Source: Vicugna vicugna (lineage: Eukaryota). Taken from it: 64,000 nucleotides of DNA. Position 1 is the stretch's first letter. Every line of letters starts with the position of its first letter. The stretch spans positions 480,054 to 544,053 of the forward strand of contig MU057632.1 in assembly GCA_013265495.1 (NCBI GenBank), given 5' to 3'. This document shows, in pieces, positions 12,401 to 24,221 of this stretch. The notes beneath the pieces are model-generated. The model was not told where the DNA came from. It worked only from the letters and a program-made list of their open reading frames with translations, and did not search any database. The translations under genes and the position numbers were made by a program.

Positions 12401-13187
12401 ACTTTTCAATCTCTAAAAATACTAGGCTGCCTACTCATGCCAAAGATTATGATGCACTCTTAGTGGATCTTCCGTCTTTCTTCTGTTTAAGAAAATGATT
12501 ACTATATATGTACATATATACATATATGAACATTTTAATAATGTATGTATCTCTCTATGGATATCTATGTATTTCTACATCACCACAAAGAACTATTTCC
12601 TGCTAAGAACCTGTGTGCCCACGTGCACTGCCATCTTGGACTAGGCTGTAAGGAAGCCCGTTGTCATGGTTACTTTGATAACCCTAATATGCTTTGTTAG
12701 GTTTAAAGCTGAAATTACTGTATGTCATGCAAAATTGATGCTGTTTCTTCAATAAATAATATTATAAAATGCAAACCCAAGAGACAGGACAATTTTAAAG
12801 TGAGGAATAAAAATATTCGCTGTCATTATCTCGTCTCTCTAGGAAACAAAATCCAAGAACACGGAGATACGTGGTTTGGAGATAAGGTTCCAGACAAGCT
12901 GAGTGAGCCTAGTGACTGAGCCTTTATCTAAATGCTGGTGGCGAAACTATGAGAAACACTTCTGGCTTTTCTGATAATAGACAAATCTGAGCCCTCAACA
13001 CAGCACTGCAAGCTGTCAATGTGGACTCCTTTGGAAACTCAACAGCGTCCTTGCCCATCTCTCCCAAAAACTGACACCCTCAGCTTTTCTCAGAGTAGAC
13101 TGTTATAAACTAATTTTATGTTCCTCCTATAATTCACATGTTGAAGCCCCAACCTCCAATGTGACTATACATGGAGGTAGGGTCTTT

Positions 13188-13912
13188 TTTTGGGGAGGGG
13201 ATTTGTGTGTGTGTGTGTGTGTGTTTTATTGAAGTATAGTCAGTTTAAAATCTTGTGTCAATATCTGGTGTACAGCTTAATGCTTCAGTCACATGTGAAC
13301 ACACATATATTCATTTTCATATTCTTTTTCACCGTAAGTTACTACAAGATACTGAAAATAGTTCCTGTGCCATATATAGTATGAACTTGTTTATCTACTT
13401 TATATATATATTAGTTAGTATCTGCAAATCTCAAACTCCTAATTTATACTTTCCCACCCTCTTCCTGCCTCGGTAACCATAAGTTTGTTTTCTGTTTGTG
13501 AGTCTCTTTCTCTTTTGTAAATAAGTCCATTTGTCTTTATTTTATATTCCACATATAAGTGATACCATATGGTACTTTTCTTTCCCTTCCTGGCTTATGT
13601 CACTTATGACAATCTCCAGGTCCATCCATGTTGCTGCAAGTGGCATTATTTTATTCTTTTTTATGGCTGAGTAGTATTCCACTGTATAAATATACCACAC
13701 TTCTTTATCCAGTCATCCGTTGACAGACATTTAGGTTGTTTCCATGTCTTGGCTATTGTAAATAGTGCTGTTACGAACACTGGGGTGCATGTATCTTTTA
13801 GAATTAGAGTTCCCTCTGGATATATGCTGGATTGTATACCAAGTCTATTTTTAGTCTTTTGAGGAATCTTCATACTGTTTTCCATAAGGTTTCACACCAA
13901 ACTACATTCCCA
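13188..13912 (-). mobile_element. L1 3' segment (ORF2 C-terminus plus 3'UTR) inserted into the MaLR 5' LTR
   Basis: ORF 13661-13885 (DTCTPVFVTALFTIAKTWKQPKC) is L1 ORF2 C-terminus. A perfect 15-bp TSD ggaggtagggtcttt lies at 13173-13187 and 13913-13927. Confidence 0.93.
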
Positions 13913-16344
13913 GGAGGTAGGGTCTTTATGGAGGCAATTAAAGTTCAGGCAGATTTCAGGACCCAGAAGTGGGTGCTAACATAACAGATACCTAAAAAAG
14001 GTGGCAGCAGCTTTGGACCTGGATGGTGCTGGGTAGAGGCTGGAAGAGTTCTGAGGTACTTGCTGGAGAAAGTCAAGGTTTCCATGAATGGACCATTGGG
14101 ACCACAAGGAAGGTTGAAGGCAATTCTGGCGAGAGCTCAGAAAGAAAAGAGGAGAGCTGGAGAGAAAGCTTTCGCCTTCTTAGAGAACACATAAATAATC
14201 ATGAACAGAATGTGTGTAGAAATCTGGACATTAAAAACCATTTTGGTGAGGTCTCAGACAGAAGGGAAGAAAAGGTTATTGGAAACTGGAGACAAGACGC
14301 CCTTGTTATAAAGTGGCAAAGAATGTGGCTGGACAGTGGTCCAGTGTTTTATGAAAGGTAGAACTTGTGAGTGATGAGGCTGGATATTTAGCAGAAAAGA
14401 TTTCTAAGCCAAGTGTCGAAGGCATGGCTTGGATTCTTCTGACTGCTTACAGCAAAATGTGAGAGGAGAGATGAACTGAGCAAAAAACTGTTCAGCAAAA
14501 AGGAGCCAGAGAGTGGAGATGTGGAGAATTCTCAGCCTGTTCATCTAGAAGAAATCATGAGAAAGCTCTTTCTGAAAGAAACAGCAGAGGTGTGGCACTT
14601 TTAATGTCTGATCAAGAGATCACCAGTTTGACTCCTAGATTTAATCCGCCATCTCAGCAGAAGCCAGGAAGAGAGATGGGATTCTAGTAGCAGAGACACT
14701 GCCAGTTTGAAGTGAAAGCAGCAGAGAAGGCAGGAGTGAGTGAAAGAAGGCTCCCAGACTTCTTGGGTTCTATTGGACCGGACAAAGGAATGTGGGCTAT
14801 CCTTCAGGGAAGGGAAGAATGACCCCAAAAGCAATTCAGAGAGCAGTAGGGCTGCCACTCCCACTACAAGCCCAGGGGCAAGGTGATTTTCTTCGGGAGT
14901 TTAGAGGATGGGGGCCCCTGCAGAAAGCCAAGGGGACAGGGATTGGCACATCCAGCCACAGAGGATTATTCTCGAGTCCTAGAATGATGGAATGTGCCTG
15001 GCTAGGTTTTGGACTCATTCATGACCTGCTGTCCCTTCCTTCTTTCCTGTTTCTCCCTTTTGGGATGGGCCTACCCTAGACCGGTCCCACCACTGTTTTT
15101 CAGAAGCACAAAATAAAGGTTTCACACCAAACTACATTCCCAGGAGGTAGGGTCTTTATGGAGGCAATTAAAGTTCAGGCAGATTTCAGGACCCAGAAGT
15201 GGGTGCTAACATAACAGATACCTAAAAAAGGTGGCAGCAGCTTTGGACCTGGATGGTGCTGGGTAGAGGCTGGAAGAGTTCTGAGGTACTTGCTGGAGAA
15301 AGTCAAGGTTTCCATGAATGGACCATTGGGACCACAAGGAAGGTTGAAGGCAATTCTGGCGAGAGCTCAGAAAGAAAAGAGGAGAGCTGGAGAGAAAGCT
15401 TTCGCCTTCTTAGAGAACACATAAATAATCATGAACAGAATGTGTGTAGAAATCTGGACATTAAAAACCATTTTGGTGAGGTCTCAGACAGAAGGGAAGA
15501 AAAGGTTATTGGAAACTGGAGACAAGACGCCCTTGTTATAAAGTGGCAAAGAATGTGGCTGGACAGTGGTCCAGTGTTTTATGAAAGGTAGAACTTGTGA
15601 GTGATGAGGCTGGATATTTAGCAGAAAAGATTTCTAAGCCAAGTGTCAAAGGCATGGCTTGGATTCTTCTGACTGCTTACAGCAAAATGTGAGAGGAGAG
15701 ATGAACTGAGCAAAAAACTGTTCAGCAAAAAGGAGCCAGAGAGTGGAGATGTGGAGAATTCTCAGCCTGTTCATCTAGAAGAAATCATGAGAAAGCTCTT
15801 TCTGAAAGAAACAGCAGAGGTGTGGCACTTTTAATGTCTGATCAAGAGATCACCAGTTTGACTCCTAGATTTAATCCGCCATCTCAGCAGAAGCCAGGAA
15901 GAGAGATGGGATTCTAGTAGCAGAGACACTGCCAGTTTGAAGTGAAAGCAGCAGAGAAGGCAGGAGTGAGTGAAAGAAGGCTCCCAGACTTCTTGGGTTC
16001 TATTGGACCGGACAAAGGAATGTGGGCTATCCTTCAGGGAAGGGAAGAATGACCCCAAAAGCAATTCAGAGAGCAGTAGGGCTGCCACTCCCACTACAAG
16101 CCCAGGGGCAAGGTGATTTTCTTCGGGAGTTTAGAGGATGGGGGCCCCTGCAGAAAGCCAAGGGGACAGGGATTGGCACATCCAGCCACAGAGGATTATT
16201 CTCGAGTCCTAGAATGATGGAATGTGCCTGGCTAGGTTTTGGACTCATTCATGACCTGCTGTCCCTTCCTTCTTTCCTGTTTCTCCCTTTTGGGATGGGC
16301 CTACCCTAGACCGGTCCCACCACTGTTTTTCAGAAGCACAAAAT
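13886..16344. repeat. Tandem duplication with period 1230 bp (13886-15114 and 15116-16344)
   Basis: Direct comparison, plus identical ORFs offset by 1230 bp. The only difference I saw is G14418 versus A15648. Confidence 0.97.
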
Positions 16345-17112
16345 TTGTACGGTTTTACAGGTTTCCAGCTGGAAAGGATTTTGCCTCAGAAGGAACCATA
16401 CTTTGAGTCTTACACACACCTCACTTAGATGATACACACACGGGGCTTCGGATTTCAGACTTTAGAGTTGATCCTGGGCCGCCCAAAGACTTCTGAGATG
16501 GTTGGGATGGAATGAATGTATTTTGTATAATAGAAGGACATGAATTGGGGGGCCAGGGTGGGATGTTATGGACAGAATGTGTCCGCTTCAATTCATAAGT
16601 TGAAGCCCCAGCTCCCAATGTGACTGTATTTGAAGGTAGGGCCTCAAATGGAGGTAATTAAAGTTAAATGAGGTCACATGGTAGAGCCTTGATCTGGTAG
16701 GATTAATGTCCTTATAAGAAGAGACATGGTGGGGGGTGTCCACTCTCTCTGCCACATGAGGATGCAGTGAGAAGACAGTCAACTCCAACCCAGGAAGAGA
16801 GCTCTCATCAGGAACTCAGTCCCCCAGAATGATGAGAAAACTCATTTCTGTGGTTTAGCCCATCCAGTCTATGGGACTTTGTTAATCATCCAGAGTGACA
16901 CACAAGGAACACTCCTTGCTTTGGCAAGCTGGGCCACCTCTTAGTCCCAAGCATCCTCACTTTCCTGTCTTTCTTTATGCTGATCCCTGTGCCTGGAATC
17001 CTTCTTCTCCGTCTTCTGTCAACATTCAATCTACTCTTTAAGTTCTGCCTTGTTAGTACAAAAAGCTTTTCTAAACTTCCCATATCCACTACACACATGT
17101 GTGTGAGTGCGC

Positions 17113-17118
17113 ATACAC

Positions 17119-17158
<40 letters not shown>
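17113..17158. repeat. (CA)n microsatellite
   Basis: Visible CA run. Confidence 0.95.
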
Positions 17159-17160
<2 letters not shown>

Positions 17161-17374
17161 CCCCGGTATGCAGTCATCTCTGCTTCCTCTGTGTCAGCTT
17201 TCAAGCCATCATTTTATTTTCTTGCTCTCACCAAACTATAAATTCTCTGAGGGAAGAAACCGTGTTTCCTCATCACCATGTCCCCTTCAGGGCTTAGCAC
17301 ATAGCATGCGCACAGGAATTATGTTTAGTCCCTACAACTGAATTGTACTTATTTGAACCGTCAAGTTTCCCTTT

Positions 17375-18125
17375 TAAAAAATAATTTTTAAAATTTTGCA
17401 TTCACACCAGACTTACAGAAAAAGAGGCAAAAATGGTACACAGACTTCCTATCTACCCTTTACCCAGCTTCCCCCATGGCAACATCCTATGTAAACAGTA
17501 CCTTTGTCAAGACCAAGAAATTAATATTATGGCATTCTTGTCAATTAAACTGCAGTTGTTTGTTTGTTTTTCATTTCACCACTTTTTCCTCTAATGTCTT
17601 TATTCTTTTTCAGGATCCAAACCAAGACTCCCTGTTGCATTTACTTGTCCTATTTTCTTAGTTCCCATGTCTGGGACAGTTTCTCCTTCCCTTTCATGAC
17701 CCTGGAACTTTTGAAGATTATTAGTCAATTATTTTGTAGAATATTCCTCGAGCTGGGTTTTGATGATATGCTTTTTATTAGATTGAAGTGACGCATTATT
17801 AACATGAAAACCATCACATGGGGATAAGTGATTTTAATATGTCCTATTACTGTCATTTTGGGAAACATAACACAGATTAATCTCATCACCAATGATGTTA
17901 ACCTTGATCATGTAGCTAAAGTGATCTGTTTGGGGTTTCTCCACTATAAAGCGGCCATTTTTTTCCCTTGTAATGAGTAAGTACCTTGGGGGGGGATAGT
18001 TTGAGACTATGCAAATATCCTGTTTTTCCCTCCAACTTTTATCTACTCATTTTAGCATCCATTGGCAAATCTTGCTAGCAACCACTGTTTTGTAGTGTTT
18101 ACCTAATGGTGATTTTAAAATTTCC
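17375..18125 (-). mobile_element. Ancient L1M (L1MC-like) 3' region
   Basis: agacttacagaaaaag...cccagcttccccc...gatgttaaccttgatca...tttgagactatgcaaatatcctgttt are characteristic L1MC 3' motifs. Confidence 0.7.
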
Positions 18126-19063
18126 TTATTCAATCGTCAAGTTTCAAAACAAGCTGATTAACTGCATTCCTCTGCAGAAAAACCAAAGGCAGAGGGCTGA
18201 ATTACCCTGTGTGTCAAGGTACTGGGTCAAGTCCAGACAAAGTGTCTCAGGGATCAACACAAGTACTGTAGGAGGCTCAGCCACGCTGAGAGCAGGGGCA
18301 GACACCAGGGATAAGTAGCCCTGGTGGCTGCTTTAATTTGATGGATCAAACCCATCACACTCCTTTCTCTTCCTTGTATGGTGGGATCCAACTGTTGAGC
18401 TGAACTAGCTGAGAAGGCTTGTTGTAAAGGCAACTGAAAGCAGCTGAGTAGGAGGGGTGATAGGCAGCAGACATTTTTCTTATCAGAATATGTTTTTTCC
18501 CGGGGAAAAAGAACCAGTATTTCATCAGTTTAATTTTAATGAATATTTGCTAGTGTTATAGTAGCACACATCATTTTAAAGTTTTATTAATTGCTTTATT
18601 TGGTGATCAGTCTTGGTCAATATTTTAGGAATGTTTATTGCCAAGTGTATCAATAAACAATGGAACACAGAACTGTGAAAGATGAAAACAGTAATCTACA
18701 GATTGTACATTTACTTCACCATTATGCCATGACTTTACTGATATTTTTCTTGTTGGACTTTCTGCTACTTTATTGTGAATTTCACAATAATGCACTTTAA
18801 AATTGTCAAGCATAAATGTTCATAATAAAATGATCATGAGGAAGTTACTGTATTTAATTATTAAACTATTTCTCATATTCTCCCATTTGAATCTTTTAAT
18901 ATACACGTATAAATTCAGCACTTTGTCATGCAAAAAGAAATTAAATAATTTTTAAAGACATAAATAAGATTTAAACTTACATATCTAAACTGATTCAAAA
19001 TAGAAGTGAATCTCTTATCAGCCTATTCAATTTGGTGAAAAATATTAAATTTGCCTTCATTTT

Positions 19064-19226
19064 TTCTTTTTTTGTTTTTTCTTTTATTTTTAAATTTTTC
19101 TGTTTTTTATTTTTGTTGTGTTTTTACTTTTTTCTTTTTTGTTTTTAGTATTTTTGTTTGTTTTTTATTTTTTGGTTTTTTAATTTTTTCTATTTTTATT
19201 TTTTATTTGCTTTTTTAAAAATTTCT
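19064..19226 (-). repeat. Degenerate poly(T)/poly(A) tract flanked by a direct repeat
   Basis: About 160 bp of T-rich sequence, with ccttcatttt at 19054-19063 and 19227-19236. Confidence 0.85.
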
Positions 19227-21369
19227 CCTTCATTTTAAAATGATCTTGTTTTATAAAATTGGTACTTATGGTTTGACAATGTCATGAAGTTGGGATAAGG
19301 CTTGACTTCCCCACAAACCAAGAAGTAAACTTACTTCATTTGTTATATTCTTTTTATAGACTGCAAAAATGAATAAACACATATTTAGAGCTGGAATTTT
19401 TTAATAATGACATTAAAGGCCTTTCTTTCAGGACATACAGCTCTTTCTTTCTTCTTTATTGTTATTAACTTCCAAAAACAAATGATATTTGATTTTATTT
19501 TTTAACAAGTAGAAACAGCTTCACCAAATCCTTGAAGACCCTCATAGGTATGAGGGCAGTCACTCGGAGATGTGACCTGCCCTTATACGCCTACTGAACC
19601 CATCTGTGGGACTCCTCATTTGGAACTGTTTCCTTTTATTTTGATCATGGAAACAAAGATGACATCTTTAGAAGCCAAGAGCCATGAGGAAGGTGGTGAC
19701 AGGTTTGGGGTTTCATTCATGACTAAAGCCAAATGGTGACTGAAATTCTTGTATCTGTGATGTAACACATCAGGGTGTGGCCTCTTGGGGATGGAGTGTG
19801 GATCACACAACCACCAGTGCAGGGCATCTGTCCTCCCACGGTTCTTGATAAAGTGCACCAAGGAGGGCAAACAAGGGGAAATCTGAAAAGGGGGACTGGG
19901 GACTATCAATGAAAAGTATAGTCACACACACACAAATGTATATACAGTGACACAGAAAGGAAGAAAGCAGCTTGACGGCCTTGGGCAGAGTTACTGTGCT
20001 GCTGAGATTCGCACGGATTCTTACGTAATGGCCAATCACAACGTGAATAATCCACACGGAGCTAATTACAGGCTTACGAAGATGCTACTGATTTTCTTCC
20101 CAGAAATTCATGGCAGTTCTTGGGAGGATCTAAATGCTGACATCAGAGCTCTGGACTCCTCCAGTAATTTTAAAACATAATACTACACAAATGGATTTTG
20201 CCCCCAAATTATAGTCTTAGAATTGAAAATTTTAATTGCTGCAACAGATAATAATATATGAATAGTATCTTGTGAAAAGGGAAACGTCTTTTAATTTAGA
20301 GGCAAGACTTCATTGTGTATTTAAAAGGGTTCTGTTTTACCCTCAAAAACAATGCTTTTATCCTAAAATATATTTGTATATAGTAAGTGACAGTCTGTCT
20401 ATCTGATAAAATATCTGTGTAGGTAACCACTTCATGTTTTTAGCAATTCAGGGGAGATTACTGAGATTAATGACAAACATATTTAATGGCAATAGTGACA
20501 GTAACAGTTTTAAATAACAAGCCTTTCTTTCTTTCTTTCTCTCTCTCTCTTTCTAATACATTATTCCAATAAAGTTCCTTTGTGTCACTGGTCTTAAATC
20601 AAGCATTTGATCATATTATTTTTTTCAACCTGTTACTTCACGAGTTCATTCTCTGCCTCTCATATAGCTTTCTACATATTTACTGAAATTATTTCATTAA
20701 TGTGAACCGTATTTTTATAGGATACATTATTGTATTTCACCCCTAACAGTTGAAGATGTGCCTTTGAAAGAAAATCTTTTTTTTTAGAACTGAAGTATAC
20801 ATTTTAAAAGCACCGCACCTTAGTGGGAAAGTCTCAGAATTAGTTCACTACTCGAAACTGTTACTTCTTCACTTGGGAACATATATTTGAGATCTTTTGG
20901 ACATCGTCTGCTGATTTCAGATTTATTCTTGGCTTACATCCTTTTAACGAGAATCTGAACATTACTTTCAGAAAATGCCATTTAATTTTAGAGAAGTGTG
21001 AAATTCTAAGAACTTAATGTTGGGCAGCATTGAAGGGAACTGGAGGCACACTTTCCAAGTGCTCCCTCCTGGGCACCCTTGTCAGTCTCAGTCAACACTA
21101 TCTCAGTCAACACTGCAGGGGGCCAAAGACACCCAAAGAGGGAGTCCAAGGGCTCAGTCCACCGGGAAGTATCACACAGCCACACTGCTTGCTTTATATA
21201 ACCCCAGACTCCATCAAATTTCAGGACAATAATTATGAGTGTTACAGAGAAAATGATACTGTTCAGCAAGTCATAGAGTTTATTTCTTAGAGTTTCTCCA
21301 CATTGGACTAGGGTTCCATCAGAACGAGGTAGAATTTATCACAGAACCACACAGTAGATCCAAAGATAG

Positions 21370-21502
21370 ATCTCTTTAAGAGAGGAAGAATACAAAATTA
21401 TAAATATAAAACTGGGAAATTAAATCCAGAGCCTCACAAGGGGCTGCTAGTGAGGGACTGTGAAACTTAAGGTTCACTTGCTTTGTGGTAAATTCACCTC
21501 TC
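21370..21502. mobile_element. Possible ancient hAT-type DNA transposon relic (MER91-like)
   Basis: gagggactgtgaaacttaaggttcacttgctttgtggtaaattcacctct resembles a MER91 terminus as I recall it; not verified. Confidence 0.35.
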
Positions 21503-22698
21503 TCTCTCTTTCAACATACCCCCCCACCGCCCCCCACACACACACAACCTTGAGAAACGTAGATATTGTGTCATTTCTTTTTCCCACTTTACAAATAGTC
21601 TTCCATGAATCATAGAGTGTACTAGACCAAAATAAACTTGAGTTTCTTATGCCAGATACATACACTATAACATGGGGACAAGTTCAGCATTAATGGCCTG
21701 TGTTTTTCCTTGTGACACTGGCAGTTCACCAGCCCTTCCTACACAGTGTCAGGGACAGTGATGATGCAAGGAGGTTTTCTCCTTCTTCCATTTTCAGGAA
21801 GTGATGAAAATAACATAAGGCTAACCTCCAAGGAGCCTCCTCTTAGTTCTTGTGAAACCAGAGGGGAAGTGTCCAAAGAATCGAATTACAGATATGCTGC
21901 CAGATCCCTTGGAGAAACCACATCACTTCTGTCGGTCCTGAAGGACCCTCCACACATCTGACTGAAGAACACGACCCTGGGAGGCCAGAGCAATCCCACG
22001 AAGTGGAAGGGATGAGTGGGGCTTGGACTAGAGGCAACAAAGCTGCCTGGTTCCGAAGGGGCCGTGGCCTTGCCATACTAAACTTGTCCTCCACTTTCTG
22101 TGTGGGGGTCGAGTTGCCTCCACGCTTGGACTGGCCACCGTGGATTAGGGGGCAGCCAAGGAGGGTAGACAGGGACCTAGGCATGGGGGATGGGGAAGGA
22201 GAGAAGCAAATGGGGAGATGAGTCGGGGAGGTAAACCTCAGCTCAGTTCAGAGTCCTCACTGATATGCAGAAGGTAAAATATTTTGAAACCCATGACCAA
22301 AAGGATATCCCTCCAAGAAGGACATGATGCTAAATACCAAGCTTGACTATAATTGTGGTGTGTGGTCTTCACAGCTTCAACAAACCTTAATGAAATGAAA
22401 CTTTATGCCTCCTTGGAAACATGATTATTTTAATGATCAGGCTACTGTATTGCAGCAGGCGTGAGTTTCCAGAAGACCTTTAAAATATTTCATCTTGGCA
22501 GGTTCTTAAAAGAGCAACACCAGAACTCACCAGTATTACTCTCCATGTCTTTGTAAGATCAGAGAAAGTTAGACAACTATTCTAGGTCAGCACATGTATA
22601 GGTTTTAGCTGTCGAAGGCAGCCTTGTTTACTTTTCTTTTACCAATAATTAGAGTGGTTTAAACAAAACAAAACAATAACAACACAAAAGCAATCTCC

Positions 22699-22878
22699 AA
22701 TAGACAGACAACAAGGTCCTACTGTATACCCCAGGGAACTACATTCAATAGCTTGTAATAAACTATAATGGAAAAGAATCTGAAAAAAGAATATATATGT
22801 GTATAACTGAATCACTATACTGTACACCAGAAACTAACACAACACTGAAAGTCAACTAAACTTCAAAAAAACAAACAA
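22699..22878 (+). mobile_element. L1 3' end with TSD
   Basis: acaacaaggtcctactgtat...gtcaactaaacttcaaaa. The flanking repeat acaaa(a/g)gcaatctcc lies at about 22684-22698 and 22879-22893. Confidence 0.9.
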
Positions 22879-23616
22879 ACAAAGGCAATCTCCTAAAAGG
22901 ATGAAGAATGAGTCGGTTCTTAAGTTACCCAAAACATTGTATTTGCTACGTGACACCATGAGCCCTTTCTAGGAGTAAGAGAAAAATATCTTGGTAGGGC
23001 TATAAAAAACCTTCTTTCCCAGGAGGTAACCTGAGTTTTTGATCACTCACTTGTTTCAGTTTGATTATTTGTGAACATTATTTAATTTTTAATTTCTTTT
23101 TTGTTTCGCATGAGCTTCGTGTAATGTTATCTGTCTAGTAGCTGCTCCACACCTGCTTTTCAATAAACACAAACATTCCAGACAAAAGTTATTTATGTCA
23201 TCACATCACCCTCAGCCTTCTCAAATGGCCAAAAAGAATAAAACACTAACTAACTACAGATACATTACCACACAGGGAAAGCACAAGATTTTATTTACTT
23301 TTCTTCTTCCTAGAATAGAAATACCTATTTTTCACATGGGGCACTTTTAATCATCAAAAAAGTATTGAACAGTAATTGTGAGGAAAGCAAGTATATGTAC
23401 TTATCTGGTTATGATTTTCAGCTGAGCCACAAGGTTCAGGATATAAATGTGCTGAGAGGAAAAGAAGTGATAATAATTGCTTTCAAAATAGAAGAGAAAT
23501 AGGAAAAAAGATCATGCCAAATAGAGGTTTAGGAGAGGGAAGAAAACATTAAACCAACTTCAATTGTAAAGTGAGCAAATGTGTGTGGTGGCCCCGTGTC
23601 ATGTGTGTTCAGTTTT

Positions 23617-24221
23617 TAAACAAGTCTTTAAACTGAAGTGTAGTCAGTTTACAATGTTGCATCAATATCTGGTGTACAGCATAGTGTTTCAGTCATACAT
23701 GTACATATATACATATTCCTTTTCAGATTCTTTTTCATTATAGGTTACTACAAGATATTGAATATAGTTCCCTGTGCTCTACAGTAGAAAATTCTTGTTT
23801 ATCTATTTTATATATAGTAGTTAGTATCTGCAAATCCTGAACTCCCAATTTATCTCTTTGCACCCCCTTTCCCCCTTGGTAACCATAAGTTTGTTCTCTA
23901 TGTCTGTGAGTCTGTTTCTGTTTTGTAAATTTCATTTGTGTCTTTTTTTAAGATTCTATATATAAGTGATTATCATATGGTATTTTTCTTTCTTTTCCTG
24001 GCTTACTTCACTTAGAATGATGATCTCTAATTCAGAAAGATACAAACCAGTGTTCACAGTAGCACTATTTACAACAGCCAAGACATGGAAGCAACCTAAA
24101 TGTCCATAGACAGATGACTGGATAAAGGAGTTGTGGCATATATACACAATGGAATACTACTCAGCCACAGAAAAGAATAAAATAATGCCTTTTGCAGCAG
24201 CATGGATGGACCTGGAGACCA
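23617..24221 (-). mobile_element. L1 with a 5' inversion (minus-strand 3' part to about 24028; plus-strand part 24029-24220)
   Basis: Orientation switches at ...gatgatctct|aattcagaaagatac. The two pieces are adjacent in the L1 consensus. An imperfect flanking repeat tgtgttca(g)tttt is present. Confidence 0.88.

Larger units (their letters stand above)
13101..16904 (+). mobile_element. ERVL-MaLR element (MLT1A-like): partial 5' LTR, internal sequence, polypurine tract and 3' LTR
   Basis: The 5' LTR starts tgttataaac...ttgaagccccaacctccaatgtgact at 13101. A homologous 3' LTR starts tgttatggac...ttgaagccccagctcccaatgtgact at 16564, after the G-rich tract ggggggccagggtggga. MaLR-internal text (gggtagaggctggaagagtt, gaggtctcagacagaaggg) lies between them. 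Confidence 0.82.

Noticed and set aside
14023..14361. 112-aa ORF present twice (also 15253-15591)
   Set aside because: It lies in degenerate MaLR internal sequence and is repeated only because of the tandem duplication. Nothing indicates a real gene.
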